A DNA stretch of 64,000 bases from an uncultured bacterium. Lineage in GTDB: Bacteria > Abyssobacteria > SURF-5. The stretch covers positions 1 to 64,000 of the forward strand of contig CAZSKP010000021.1 in assembly GCA_964607485.1 (NCBI GenBank), given 5' to 3'. The notes under the pieces were generated by a model. That model did not search any database. It had not been told where the DNA came from and saw only the letters and a program-made list of their open reading frames with translations. This document shows, in pieces, positions 37,637 to 46,979 of the stretch; positions within the stretch are counted from its first letter, which is position 1; each line of letters begins with the position of its first letter. Made by a program: the position numbers and the translations under genes.

Positions 37637-38311
37637 GTGATTGCCATAATCGACTATCAGATGGGCAATCTGAGGAGCGTGCAGAAGGCGTTCGAGCACA
37701 CGGGATACGAAGCCGTCATCACCGACGACGCGGGAGCGATCGCGGCCGCCGACGGAGTGGTGCTCCCGGGTGTCGGCGCGTTCGGCGATTGCTATCGGGA
37801 GCTCGAATCGCGCCGCCTCGTCGGGCCGCTGCTCGAGTGGATCGATTCGGGGCGTCCCTTCCTCGGAATATGTCTGGGGCTGCAGATTCTGTTCGGCTCC
37901 AGCGAGGAGAGCAAGAGCACGCCCGGCCTCAACGTGGTGCCCGGTCAGGTCCGACGATTCGCCAACGGAAGTCTCAAAGTTCCCCACATGGGATGGAACC
38001 GGGTGAGCTACTCCGCTCCCCGCGCCGGGTCGGAGGAAGGCCGGAGATGCCCGCTCTTCGAGGGGATCCCCGACGGGACATATTTCTATTTCGTTCACTC
38101 ATACTACGTCGTGCCCGACGATTCCACTGTCGTGGCGGGGATGACGGATTACGGCATTTCATTCGCCTCAGCCGTCTGGCGAGACAACGTTTTCGCCACG
38201 CAGTTTCACCCCGAGAAGAGCCAGGAGGCGGGGCTTAGGCTGATAGAAAATTTCGGCAGGCTGGTCGAAGACGCCCGCGAACGGACACGCACAAAGACAG
38301 GCACGAAATGA
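37637..38311 (+). CDS. hisH: imidazole glycerol phosphate synthase subunit HisH
   Basis: GNLRSV, PGVG, GICLG, VPHMGWN, YFVHSY, QFHPEKS. Confidence 0.97.
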   Translation: MIAIIDYQMGNLRSVQKAFEHTGYEAVITDDAGAIAAADGVVLPGVGAFGDCYRELESRRLVGPLLEWIDSGRPFLGICLGLQILFGSSEESKSTPGLNVVPGQVRRFANGSLKVPHMGWNRVSYSAPRAGSEEGRRCPLFEGIPDGTYFYFVHSYYVVPDDSTVVAGMTDYGISFASAVWRDNVFATQFHPEKSQEAGLRLIENFGRLVEDARERTRTKTGTK

Positions 38312-40353
38312 ATGACCGACAAGCGCCACTCAAGAAGGGACCCAGAATAAGCCTTCGCGTAAAGACGTTCGTCGCGCTCCTGTTCGTCGGTGTGCCGACG
38401 CTTGTCGTCACGTTGGTGGCGGCGTATTTCGCGGGCACCGGCATCAGTCGCTACAGCATCGGAACGAGGTTTCAGACCGTCGCCGAATGGATGTCCGACG
38501 AGATCGAATCGAGCCTCTCCTCCGAGATAACTGAAGCCCGAAGCCTTGCCTTGACGCCGACGCTTCTCACGGCGGTCGCAGACGCAAACAAGTCATATGA
38601 GGGCAAGGACGAGGACACGATCCGCGAAGAGATAATGCGTGTGGACGAACAATGGCGGGCAGAGCCGGCTATCAGCGACACGATCCGCGAATACCTGAGC
38701 AACCCGGTTTCGCGTTATCTTCACAGCATTCTCATGTTACGCGCAAACAAGTATGCGGAGATATTCGTCACGGACGAACAGGGAGCGATCGTCGGCGCTA
38801 CGGGCAAGACATCCGACTTCTACCAGGCCGATGAGAACTGGTGGGTGAGGACGTATAACCGGGGCAACGGCCGCAACATCGTCGAAGGCGTCGAGTTCGA
38901 CGACAGCACGCAGCTTCGGTCGATGACGATCGCGGTGCCCGTTCGCGACCCGACCAGCAACACCGTGATCGGCGTCCTGAAGGTCGTGATGAAGGCAGAA
39001 TACCTTTTCGATGCCGTCAGCTCTCTGCGCATAGGGGAAAGCGGATATACGGGCCTGGCAACCAAAGATGGAGAACTGCTCGCCACCTCGGCGCCGTCCC
39101 GGCCCGCTCGAGTGACGGACACCTTCTGGCGCGCCATCGTGGGAGAAGCCAACGGGTGGACGACGGCCGACGACGCAATGGGCGAGGAGAATGTGCTCAG
39201 TTTCGCCGTAGTAGGCACAAGAAAGATAGACGGCGAGGTCACCCTCACGGGCGGCAAGTGGCACGTGTTCTTCTATCAGAACGTCCGTGAGGCGTATGCG
39301 CGCATCTCGGCGGCCGTCTATAAACTCTTTTCCCTCGGCCTCGGCCTCATTCTGGTCGTGAGCGTACTCGGATTCTATGCGACCAACTGGATTGTGATGC
39401 CAATCCGTCTTCTTCGCGAAGAGGCCCAGTACATCGCGCAGGGCGACCTCGGCCGCCGTGTGGAGGTGCACACGAACGACGAGATCGAGCTGCTGGCCGA
39501 AGAAATCAACATCATGTCGCAGAAGCTCAAGGAAACTCACTCCAACCTCGAGCAGAGAATCGAAGAGCGCACGGCGGAGCTTTCCGAGGCCAACAAGAAG
39601 CTCGAGGCGCAGAGAGAGGTGCTCCTGAAAGTTAACAAACAGCTCATGAAAGCCAGCACGCTCAAATCGCAGTTCCTGGCTGATATCTGCGACGGGCTGA
39701 ACAACCCCGTCCTGAACATCGTCCGACTGGCGGAGGTGGTGACACAACAGGACGCCGAAGGGCTGAACGAGGTGCAGAGGAATTATCTCAGCGACATACT
39801 CGCCAACGCAAAACACCTCCACCAATTGCTGAACGAGGTGTTCACGCTCGCCAAGGCGACGTCGGGAAAGATGGAGATGACCCTCTCGGAGTTTTCCGTG
39901 GAGAACATCCTTCGGGAAGTGCAAGACACCGTCAGGGCGCTTGCCTCCGAGAAGAATATCAAGTTTGAATTCGACATCGCCGACGACATGGGCGTCATCA
40001 CGGGAGACGTCAACCTGTTCAAGCACATCATTTTCAACCTGTACACCAACGCCATCAAGTACAATAAGATAAACGGAAAGGTGCTCGTTGCCGCCAGTCG
40101 CGTCGGCGGCTTTGCGGAGATATCCGTGTCAGATTCGGGAGTGGGCATACGGCGGGAGGACCAGGAACGAATCTTCCGCGAATTTGAACGGGTGGAGGAT
40201 GCGCAGGAGCCGTACTACGAAGGCGCCGGAATGGGCCTGACCCTCGCGCAGCGGTTTGTCGAGATGCACGGAGGCGAGATCCGGGTCGAGAGCGAGTACG
40301 GCAAAGGAAGCAAATTCATATTCACAATCCCCCTGACGCAGCGGCAGGGCTGA
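38308..40353 (+). CDS. Cache-HAMP sensor histidine kinase-like protein lacking the phospho-His
   Basis: Two TMs, periplasmic Cache-like domain, HAMP, H-box KSQFLADICDGLNNP, intact N/G1/F/G2 boxes. Confidence 0.85.
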   Translation: MNDRQAPLKKGPRISLRVKTFVALLFVGVPTLVVTLVAAYFAGTGISRYSIGTRFQTVAEWMSDEIESSLSSEITEARSLALTPTLLTAVADANKSYEGKDEDTIREEIMRVDEQWRAEPAISDTIREYLSNPVSRYLHSILMLRANKYAEIFVTDEQGAIVGATGKTSDFYQADENWWVRTYNRGNGRNIVEGVEFDDSTQLRSMTIAVPVRDPTSNTVIGVLKVVMKAEYLFDAVSSLRIGESGYTGLATKDGELLATSAPSRPARVTDTFWRAIVGEANGWTTADDAMGEENVLSFAVVGTRKIDGEVTLTGGKWHVFFYQNVREAYARISAAVYKLFSLGLGLILVVSVLGFYATNWIVMPIRLLREEAQYIAQGDLGRRVEVHTNDEIELLAEEINIMSQKLKETHSNLEQRIEERTAELSEANKKLEAQREVLLKVNKQLMKASTLKSQFLADICDGLNNPVLNIVRLAEVVTQQDAEGLNEVQRNYLSDILANAKHLHQLLNEVFTLAKATSGKMEMTLSEFSVENILREVQDTVRALASEKNIKFEFDIADDMGVITGDVNLFKHIIFNLYTNAIKYNKINGKVLVAASRVGGFAEISVSDSGVGIRREDQERIFREFERVEDAQEPYYEGAGMGLTLAQRFVEMHGGEIRVESEYGKGSKFIFTIPLTQRQG

Positions 40354-40398
40354 GCGCAACTTCCGTCCCAAATCCGGCCAAACCGAGAACCCATCCAG

Positions 40399-41859
40399 AT
40401 GCAGAGCTCCGGGCGTTGCGTCGCCGCGAATCGTTTCTTTTCCTCGCCCATCGTTCGCAGATACCTGCTCGCGCTCCTTTGCGCCGTCCTCGCCGCCAGA
40501 GCCATCCTTTTCTTCAGCCGGGCCGCCCGCGTAATCCTCTACCCCTACGAGTGGTCCACGATGGACGGGTATTTTGTGTACCACGGCTTGCGGCTGCTCT
40601 CGGGCCGGCCGATCTATTTCGGGTACGAGTCGATCTTGACGCCGTTTGAGTATGTGCCCCTCTATCCGGCCGTCATAGGGCTTCTGGCGAAAGTGTTCGG
40701 CGTCGGAGTCTGGTACGAGCGCGCCTTCGGCGTGGCGTGCGCGACGGCCATGGCCGTCATCATCTACCTTGTGGTCATGAAATCACGCCCGAACACGACC
40801 GCCGCCCTCTGCGCCGCGCTGATGCTTTTCGCGCCCGCCGCGCTTTCGGTCTGGTTCCTCGTGAGGGCGATAGACATCCTTGCGGCCCTCCTGGCGCTCG
40901 CCGCCGTGGCGGTGGCGGCGAACGAGGGCAAGCTGGGAACACACCGCTTAATCTGGGCCGCGATACTGTTCGTCCTCGCCTTCTACGCGAAGCAGACGAC
41001 GCTGCTCCCGGCGGCGGGCGTCGTCGTTTATGTGATGAGCCGGGACCTCAAGCGGGGGGTGGCGATGGGGCTGGGCTTCGGGCTGGCGATCGCCGGACTC
41101 CTTCTGCTGTTCCAATACATGAGCGGGGGATGGTTTTTCGAAAACGCCTTCGTGACCACTTCGATGAATCCCTACTATCCCCGGCAGCTCGTCCACTTCT
41201 ATCGAGATTTTTCGCTCATCCTCTTCGTCGCGCTTCCGGTGGCTCTCGCGCGGGCATGGCGGGGAGTCGGCCGCAGGCCCAACATCTGGACCCTATATTT
41301 TCTGTTCACCCTGCTTTCGACCCTTCTCGCGGCAAAGGTCGGGGCGGCGCTGAGCTACTTCGTCCCGCTGCTCTCCGCGGTCTGCATCCTTGTCGGACTT
41401 TGGCTGAGCGACGACGGTTTGTTCGAGCGCCGGCCGGGCGTCTATGGGTGCGTCGTGCTCCTGCTTCTGGTTCAGTCCTTCTGTTTCTTTGCCGACCGCA
41501 TCCCGGTTCCCACTCGGGAGGATTACCTCCAGGCCGAGAAGCTCGACGCCCAAATAAGGGCTCATCCCGGCCCCTTGCTCATCGAGCGCATCGACAGTTT
41601 CGCGACGCGAAACGGGAGAGAGTTGAACGTGGAGGCGGTACAACTGCCCGTGCTCATCATGCGGAGAACATTCGACCCCTTGCCCCTCCTCAACGCCGTG
41701 GACGACGAGGAGTTCTCGCTGATCGTTTACAGCGGAGTCTATTTCGGCGGCATACCGGCCCTGAAGCAGTCGATATTCGAACACTATCGGGTGATCGACC
41801 AGGTTCGGATCGGGCTCTTCGTCGGCGGGATGACGTTCTTGGTGCTAGCTCCCTCATAA
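40399..41859 (+). CDS. polytopic GT-C (ArnT/PMT-like) glycosyltransferase
   Basis: Many TM segments, acidic first loop YPYEWSTMDG, Y.PLYP, RAID, YAKQT; start uncertain. Confidence 0.7.
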   Translation: MQSSGRCVAANRFFSSPIVRRYLLALLCAVLAARAILFFSRAARVILYPYEWSTMDGYFVYHGLRLLSGRPIYFGYESILTPFEYVPLYPAVIGLLAKVFGVGVWYERAFGVACATAMAVIIYLVVMKSRPNTTAALCAALMLFAPAALSVWFLVRAIDILAALLALAAVAVAANEGKLGTHRLIWAAILFVLAFYAKQTTLLPAAGVVVYVMSRDLKRGVAMGLGFGLAIAGLLLLFQYMSGGWFFENAFVTTSMNPYYPRQLVHFYRDFSLILFVALPVALARAWRGVGRRPNIWTLYFLFTLLSTLLAAKVGAALSYFVPLLSAVCILVGLWLSDDGLFERRPGVYGCVVLLLLVQSFCFFADRIPVPTREDYLQAEKLDAQIRAHPGPLLIERIDSFATRNGRELNVEAVQLPVLIMRRTFDPLPLLNAVDDEEFSLIVYSGVYFGGIPALKQSIFEHYRVIDQVRIGLFVGGMTFLVLAPS

Positions 41860-41948
41860 ACTTCCCCGCAAAGAAAAAACTTGATTCTGGTTTGCGTCGG
41901 TGGTAACATTATTCAAAATTCCGACCGGCATTGGCACGTGATGAGATT

Positions 41949-44900
41949 ATGGACGACCACAACAAGGAACGGAAAACCCGAAAGATTGAGTTTCTCGGGA
42001 CGAAGAAGCACATGAGGCGCGGACTCCTCTTTTTCAAGAAGGGAGAATATCAGCTTGCGATCGAGCAATTCGAGCTGATACTGCTGCACGACAAGAGCTA
42101 TGTCAGGGCGTACAATAATCTCGGCTATGTCTATCGGATGATTGGAGACTATGATAAGGCGCTGGAAGTATGGGAAAGGGGACTGGGGGTCAACGCGTCG
42201 TACAGGAGACTCCAGAAGAACATCTCCAGCCTGCAACGGTTTCTGAAAACGAACAACAAAAAGGCCGGGCCGCCGCCGGTCGGGATAGAAGACTTCGAGG
42301 TCGGCGTGGAATGGCTGTCGGAAAACGCCGAGCTGGCAGAGATACGCGAAGGCAGCCTTTTTGACACCTATGTGATCGAAGACGGCGGAGCCTGGTTTGC
42401 GCTCAAAACGCCCAGGAAAATCCTCTCTGCGAACCCGGAAATGTCCCGAGCGTTCGAGCAGGCCTGTTCGGCTTGGCTCCGCCTCGGCCGGAACGAGTGC
42501 GTGGCTCACGCGCGTTCGCTCGAGCGGGTCTCGGGCCAATCGTTCCTCGCGCTGGAGTACATGCGCGAGGGGTCGCTCCGCGGCCTTCTTGAGCGGGAAA
42601 AGACGCCGCGCCGCGCGGGCCTTTCCCTCGGTCATGCGCTTGAGCTGGCGTTGCAGCTCTGCATCGGCGGGCACTTCATCCACACGCAACTGGGCGCCCC
42701 TCACGGCGACATCAGGCCGGAGAACATCATGCTTTCGATGCCCACTGAGGGGAGGGGAGGGCAGGCGATTGCAGACAGGCCGGACCGCTATTTCCTGAAA
42801 ATCTCGGACGTTGGACAGTGGGCGGTCTTTGAAACGGCGGAGCTGTTCTGCAATTCGGAAGGCGAGGTTCTTTCGGAGTTCGCACGTGAAGGACTCGTTC
42901 GAACGGCATCCGGATTCCTGACACCCTCGCTGCACTCGTGTGCGCCCGAGTTGCTCAACTCGCTCCGCGCCCCAAACGTAAGCACCGACGTGTACGCGTT
43001 CGGAGTCGTGCTCTACGAGATGCTCACCGGAACGCTTCCTTTTTCCGGTTTGGGCAAGGCCGAGCTGGCGAAGCGAATTTCCGAAAGCCGCCCCGAGCAC
43101 CCATCGGTCGTAAACCCCAGAGTTCCGCCGCCGGTGGGCAGCATCTGCATGCGTTGCATGGAACGCAGCCCGGAGGCCCGGTTCAGCGGTTTTCCCGAGA
43201 TAGCCGATGCGCTCATCAACTACCTGGACGCCGCCGGGTCGGCCCTCTCGGAGTTGCGCGAATTGTGCAGGCGATATAAGAAGATATCGAGGTTGCAGTT
43301 CCACGACGATGAGAGGAATTCCTCGGTGATGATCGTCGGCGGAACCGAGTTTTCCTCCGAGGTGGGTCAGCTCTGGGAAATACTCAACCGCCGCGCCGAA
43401 GAGGAGCGCGACCTCGGGCTTCGGAAGCAGCTTGCGCGCATAGAGGACGCCCTGCTCGTGCCCGGATTGTCAATCGGCACACTGTACCCCACGACTGCAA
43501 GCCTGGCGGACGGACTAACGCTCATCCCTCTCGAAACCTATCGGAACGAACTGAACGCCCTGCGACATGCAGACAGCGCCCCCGGCACGGCCGACAGGGC
43601 CATGAGCGAGGCCTCGACGCCGGACGTCTCCGTCGAACCGCCCGCCGACCGGGTTCGCAGCGTTCCGGATTCGGTGAGCGAAGTGTTCGGCCCCGGCGTG
43701 GCGGAAGAGTATTCTTCCCTTTTGAAGGCGGGCGACCCGGGCCGGGCCGCGCGTCTTCTGTCGGATGGACTGAAGTTCCGTGCCGGGACGGTCCTGCTGC
43801 AATCGAACAATGGCCCCGACCTGTTGAGCGCATTTGAGTCCGTCGCACGGTCGGAATCGTTCCACCAGTGGCTCGACGCTGTTTTTGAGCAGCTCGCCTT
43901 CCTCTCCGCCTGTCCCCGCCCCGAAGAATTTCTAAAAGAGGGGATGGAAGTCCCTAACGAAATAATCGCCGCGATCTCCGGATTTCTGCTGATGCAGGCC
44001 GGCGAGCACGCCGCCGCTCTCGAGGCGTTCAACATGATTCCGGATGAACGGTGGCTGCCGGCGCTCGACATCTACCTGTGGACCATGGCGAAATTTCAAT
44101 CGCCGAAGATGGAAGAGATTCGGCTCAACAGCTTGAAAAACGCAGGCCGCCTCCTCAGGGAAATCATCATCGCCAACAAGAAGTCAAACAAACGGAGCAC
44201 GATCGTTCTATCCACGCATCCCAACGGCGCACTCGCAGACGCCTTCTTCCTTCGAGCGCTCGTGCTGGAGCAGTTGGGCGAGCACAGCCACTCCATCGCA
44301 CATTTTCGCGCATGGAAAAAACTCCTGTCCGCGGAGCCTGCGCTTCCTCAGAAGAACATCCCATGGGCGGACATGATGCAAGGCAAGTGCATGCGCGACT
44401 TGGGCATGCCGAGCGAAGGCTTCATGCGGTGGCAGCGAATGCTCACGCAGGAACTCGACGCGCCTTTTTTCCCCTTCCTCGAGCTCGGCGCCCAAAAGCC
44501 GCGAGCGCTTCTGGCCGGGTACCTTCTCCCGTGTTGCAGCGACGCCATTTCACGATACGCCGACAACGCAATGCTGTGGTGTGTGAAGGGCAAGCTTCTC
44601 AACTGCACCGGCCAACCCACCGACGCGGTGGATTGCTCGCACCGTGCGACCGCGATTGCGGAGGATTTTTACCCCGCATATTTCGTGAGAATGGAAGCGA
44701 TGCTGTCGATGGAACAACACGAGGAGGCGCTCGACGCTCTCAGGGCATGCACGATTCGCGAGCCGTATGAGCCGCTGTTTATGCTCCGCGAGGCGGAACT
44801 CTTGTGCTGTCTCTCCGAGCCCGAAAAGGCTTTCACCGAGTTGAAGAAGGCCATCGCTCACGGACTCGATCTCTCACAGCTCAAGACGAGCATCCGGAAG

Positions 44901-44969
44901 AAGCGGCTGACCCCCCTTGGGGGATTTGATGATTTCAGATCCATATGCGCACACCTGGGCGAAGCATGA
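41949..44969 (+). CDS. TPR - Ser/Thr kinase-like - TPR protein (degenerate kinase motifs)
   Basis: AYNNLG TPR; FALK, HGDIRPEN, DVG, CAPE, DVYAFG; promoter TTGATT-17-TAACAT at 41881-41909. Confidence 0.8.
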   Translation: MDDHNKERKTRKIEFLGTKKHMRRGLLFFKKGEYQLAIEQFELILLHDKSYVRAYNNLGYVYRMIGDYDKALEVWERGLGVNASYRRLQKNISSLQRFLKTNNKKAGPPPVGIEDFEVGVEWLSENAELAEIREGSLFDTYVIEDGGAWFALKTPRKILSANPEMSRAFEQACSAWLRLGRNECVAHARSLERVSGQSFLALEYMREGSLRGLLEREKTPRRAGLSLGHALELALQLCIGGHFIHTQLGAPHGDIRPENIMLSMPTEGRGGQAIADRPDRYFLKISDVGQWAVFETAELFCNSEGEVLSEFAREGLVRTASGFLTPSLHSCAPELLNSLRAPNVSTDVYAFGVVLYEMLTGTLPFSGLGKAELAKRISESRPEHPSVVNPRVPPPVGSICMRCMERSPEARFSGFPEIADALINYLDAAGSALSELRELCRRYKKISRLQFHDDERNSSVMIVGGTEFSSEVGQLWEILNRRAEEERDLGLRKQLARIEDALLVPGLSIGTLYPTTASLADGLTLIPLETYRNELNALRHADSAPGTADRAMSEASTPDVSVEPPADRVRSVPDSVSEVFGPGVAEEYSSLLKAGDPGRAARLLSDGLKFRAGTVLLQSNNGPDLLSAFESVARSESFHQWLDAVFEQLAFLSACPRPEEFLKEGMEVPNEIIAAISGFLLMQAGEHAAALEAFNMIPDERWLPALDIYLWTMAKFQSPKMEEIRLNSLKNAGRLLREIIIANKKSNKRSTIVLSTHPNGALADAFFLRALVLEQLGEHSHSIAHFRAWKKLLSAEPALPQKNIPWADMMQGKCMRDLGMPSEGFMRWQRMLTQELDAPFFPFLELGAQKPRALLAGYLLPCCSDAISRYADNAMLWCVKGKLLNCTGQPTDAVDCSHRATAIAEDFYPAYFVRMEAMLSMEQHEEALDALRACTIREPYEPLFMLREAELLCCLSEPEKAFTELKKAIAHGLDLSQLKTSIRKKRLTPLGGFDDFRSICAHLGEA

Positions 44970-45049
44970 TTGCTTTCGTTCTTTCGCGTTTCAACCTTTG
45001 CCGGCCGGTTGCCCAAATTGCTCCTCACCGGACAACATTCCCCTGACCG

Positions 45050-45148
45050 GTCATTGCGAGGAGCCATGCAACGAAGCAATCCCGATGGCAACGGGGGAGC
45101 GCCTTTAAGATTGCTTCAGTCGAGTCTGTGACTCTCTCTCGCAATGAC
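45050..45148. repeat. palindromic REP-like element (GTCATTGCGAG class)
   Basis: Perfect 11-bp terminal inverted repeat GTCATTGCGAG/CTCGCAATGAC and internal GAAGCAATC/GATTGCTTC. Confidence 0.8.
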
Positions 45149-45252
45149 TTCGAAATTATTTCGACAACATGCCGGTGAAAATACTCTCGAAGGCCTGTGA
45201 CCGCTTTCGTACGAGGGAGAAAAAAACTGCCGCTGATGGAGAGCGATTTGAC

Positions 45253-45281
45253 TTGCAAATTTACTCAATCTATGGTATAAA
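45253..45281 (+). promoter_or_regulatory. sigma70 promoter for 6S-like RNA
   Basis: TTGCAA-17-TATAAA with extended -10 TG. Confidence 0.65.
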
Positions 45282-45304
45282 TTAAGGAGATGGCTGGAAC
45301 AAAA

Positions 45305-45488
45305 GAAATCCCTGCCATGCTCGTGAAGACACGACAATTTTGAGCCAACACACCAAAGAACGGGAGCCCTAAATTTTCGGGTAGATTGCACGCCGCCTCG
45401 GCGCGGAAGCACGAAGCTTGGATGCGGGCGCCCACGTGAACCGCAAGGTTCAACACGTCTCGTCTCACGGCATAACGGCGGGGATTTT
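45305..45488 (+). ncRNA. ssrS: 6S RNA
   Basis: ~185-nt rod: ATCCCTGCC-ATGC-CGTGA pairs with TCACG-GCAT-GGCGGGGAT; TTGAGCC/GGTTCAA and GGGAGCCC/GGGCGCCC flank an A-rich central bubble. Confidence 0.8.
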
Positions 45489-45557
45489 TATTTCAAGGGC
45501 AATCGGAAAACCGGCGGCGGAGACGCCGCACTCGCCTTTATCAATCGGCCGGCTGAA

Positions 45558-46724
45558 TCACGGGCCGTACCTCATGAGCACGCCCATGGCCTGCGGATCT
45601 CCGTCGGGCGTGGCGAAAACATTTCCCTTTCGTCGTCGCTCGTGTCTCACGTCGTAGCTGAAGACGGGCTTACCGTCGGCATTGTCGAGTACTCCGGGCG
45701 TTCCCGACGGTTCGAGGTCGCTTTCGTTCATACCGCTCAGTGACACCGTCCACCCGGTCTCTCGCATCGTGACCGATGCCGACAGCGCGTCATCGATTCC
45801 GTTGCTCTCCTCGGGGTTACCGTCGTTATCCGCATCACTCATCTCGAACAGGATGCGGTCACCGTCCTGGTCGGCGGGATCGCTCGCATATCCGTCCTTT
45901 CCAAGGTCCTCGCCATTCTGCATAGTCAGGTAGTAATTGTGCAGGCCGTGGTCTTTTTCGTCGGGACCCACGCTGTAAATGACCCAGCGGTTGTAATACG
46001 ACGGCGAGTCTGCCTTATACTCACCCAGCGCGTCGGTACCCGCGTCGGCGCCGTCGGTCCAAGAGGGGAAAATGGGCGTTCCATATTCCCCCTTTCCGGT
46101 CACACAACCCGCATAATAGTGGAAGTAGGTATTGTTGGCGTAAGGGTCGATGAGCGCCTGTATATCGAGGTCGGTGAACATGCCCAGACGGTCGTAATAC
46201 GTGCCGTCAAGCCGACCGTTTCCTTCTTTCGGACTTGGGTCGTTAACGTCCGAGTCGCCGTCCTGGTCAAACGGGTCGTTGGGCTCTAAATCCAGGCCGA
46301 TATCCTCGCCTTGATCGAGCCGGTAGTTTCCTTCGGTGCCGTTAGCATCGGGACCCGGATACGTCGGCCTTCCGCCCTGGCCGTCGTTCGGCATCCATTC
46401 TTGCGCAGCGTTATCCCAACTGAACGGACCTATCCCGTCCGTCCCGATATCCTCGCTCGGGTAGAAAACTCCGCCGACCCAATCGTTGCCCATAGGGGGA
46501 TAGGTATCGTTTTCAGCGTAGTAGTCTTCGAGGGCGGGCTCAATTTCCGCGAGCTGTGCCTTGGCGGCGCCGAGCCGCGCACGCGCGTGCATCCTCGAAA
46601 TCGCCGGAAGCGCAATTGCTGCGAGCAGGCCGATGATGCTGATCACGGCAAGCAGTTCCACGAGCGTGAATCCATAGTCAGGCTTGGTTGGACGGTGGCG
46701 CTGCGATTCCCCCTTGCGTTTCAT
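45558..46724 (-). CDS. type IV pilin/pseudopilin-like protein (GspG-like) with large Asp/Gly-rich insertions
   Basis: Class III signal G|FTLVELL...; ALEDYY....YP; DPY; YSVGPD; AAGGAGG SD. Confidence 0.85.
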   Translation of the reverse strand: MKRKGESQRHRPTKPDYGFTLVELLAVISIIGLLAAIALPAISRMHARARLGAAKAQLAEIEPALEDYYAENDTYPPMGNDWVGGVFYPSEDIGTDGIGPFSWDNAAQEWMPNDGQGGRPTYPGPDANGTEGNYRLDQGEDIGLDLEPNDPFDQDGDSDVNDPSPKEGNGRLDGTYYDRLGMFTDLDIQALIDPYANNTYFHYYAGCVTGKGEYGTPIFPSWTDGADAGTDALGEYKADSPSYYNRWVIYSVGPDEKDHGLHNYYLTMQNGEDLGKDGYASDPADQDGDRILFEMSDADNDGNPEESNGIDDALSASVTMRETGWTVSLSGMNESDLEPSGTPGVLDNADGKPVFSYDVRHERRRKGNVFATPDGDPQAMGVLMRYGP

Positions 46725-46786
46725 TCGGCAACCTCCTTCGAATGTGATGGGCTGTGAGTCATCGTAATGACTGTTCCCGGACAAAC

Positions 46787-46876
46787 AAAAAATCTTACCC
46801 GCTTCCCCGGATAAGATCACACTTGTAAACATATTATTTCCACTACAATTCTACACCATACACGGCCTTGTGTCAA
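46787..46876 (-). promoter_or_regulatory. promoter and leader terminator-like hairpin upstream of pilin-like gene
   Basis: TTGACA-17-TAGAAT (46876-46848); then ATCTTATCCG-GGGAAG-CGGGTAAGAT-TTTTT. Confidence 0.6.
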
Positions 46877-46979
46877 GCCATTTTTTCATTGATTTGACGC
46901 CGTTCCATCGGCTATACTATGTTTTTGATGAGAAGCATATCGCTCCTATTTGGGGGTACAGCCGAAAATATACCACAAC

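Noticed and set aside
45284-45343. Short ORF after AAGGAG overlapping the 6S-like RNA
   Set aside because: The SD abuts the ATG with no spacer, and the region is better explained by the RNA structure.
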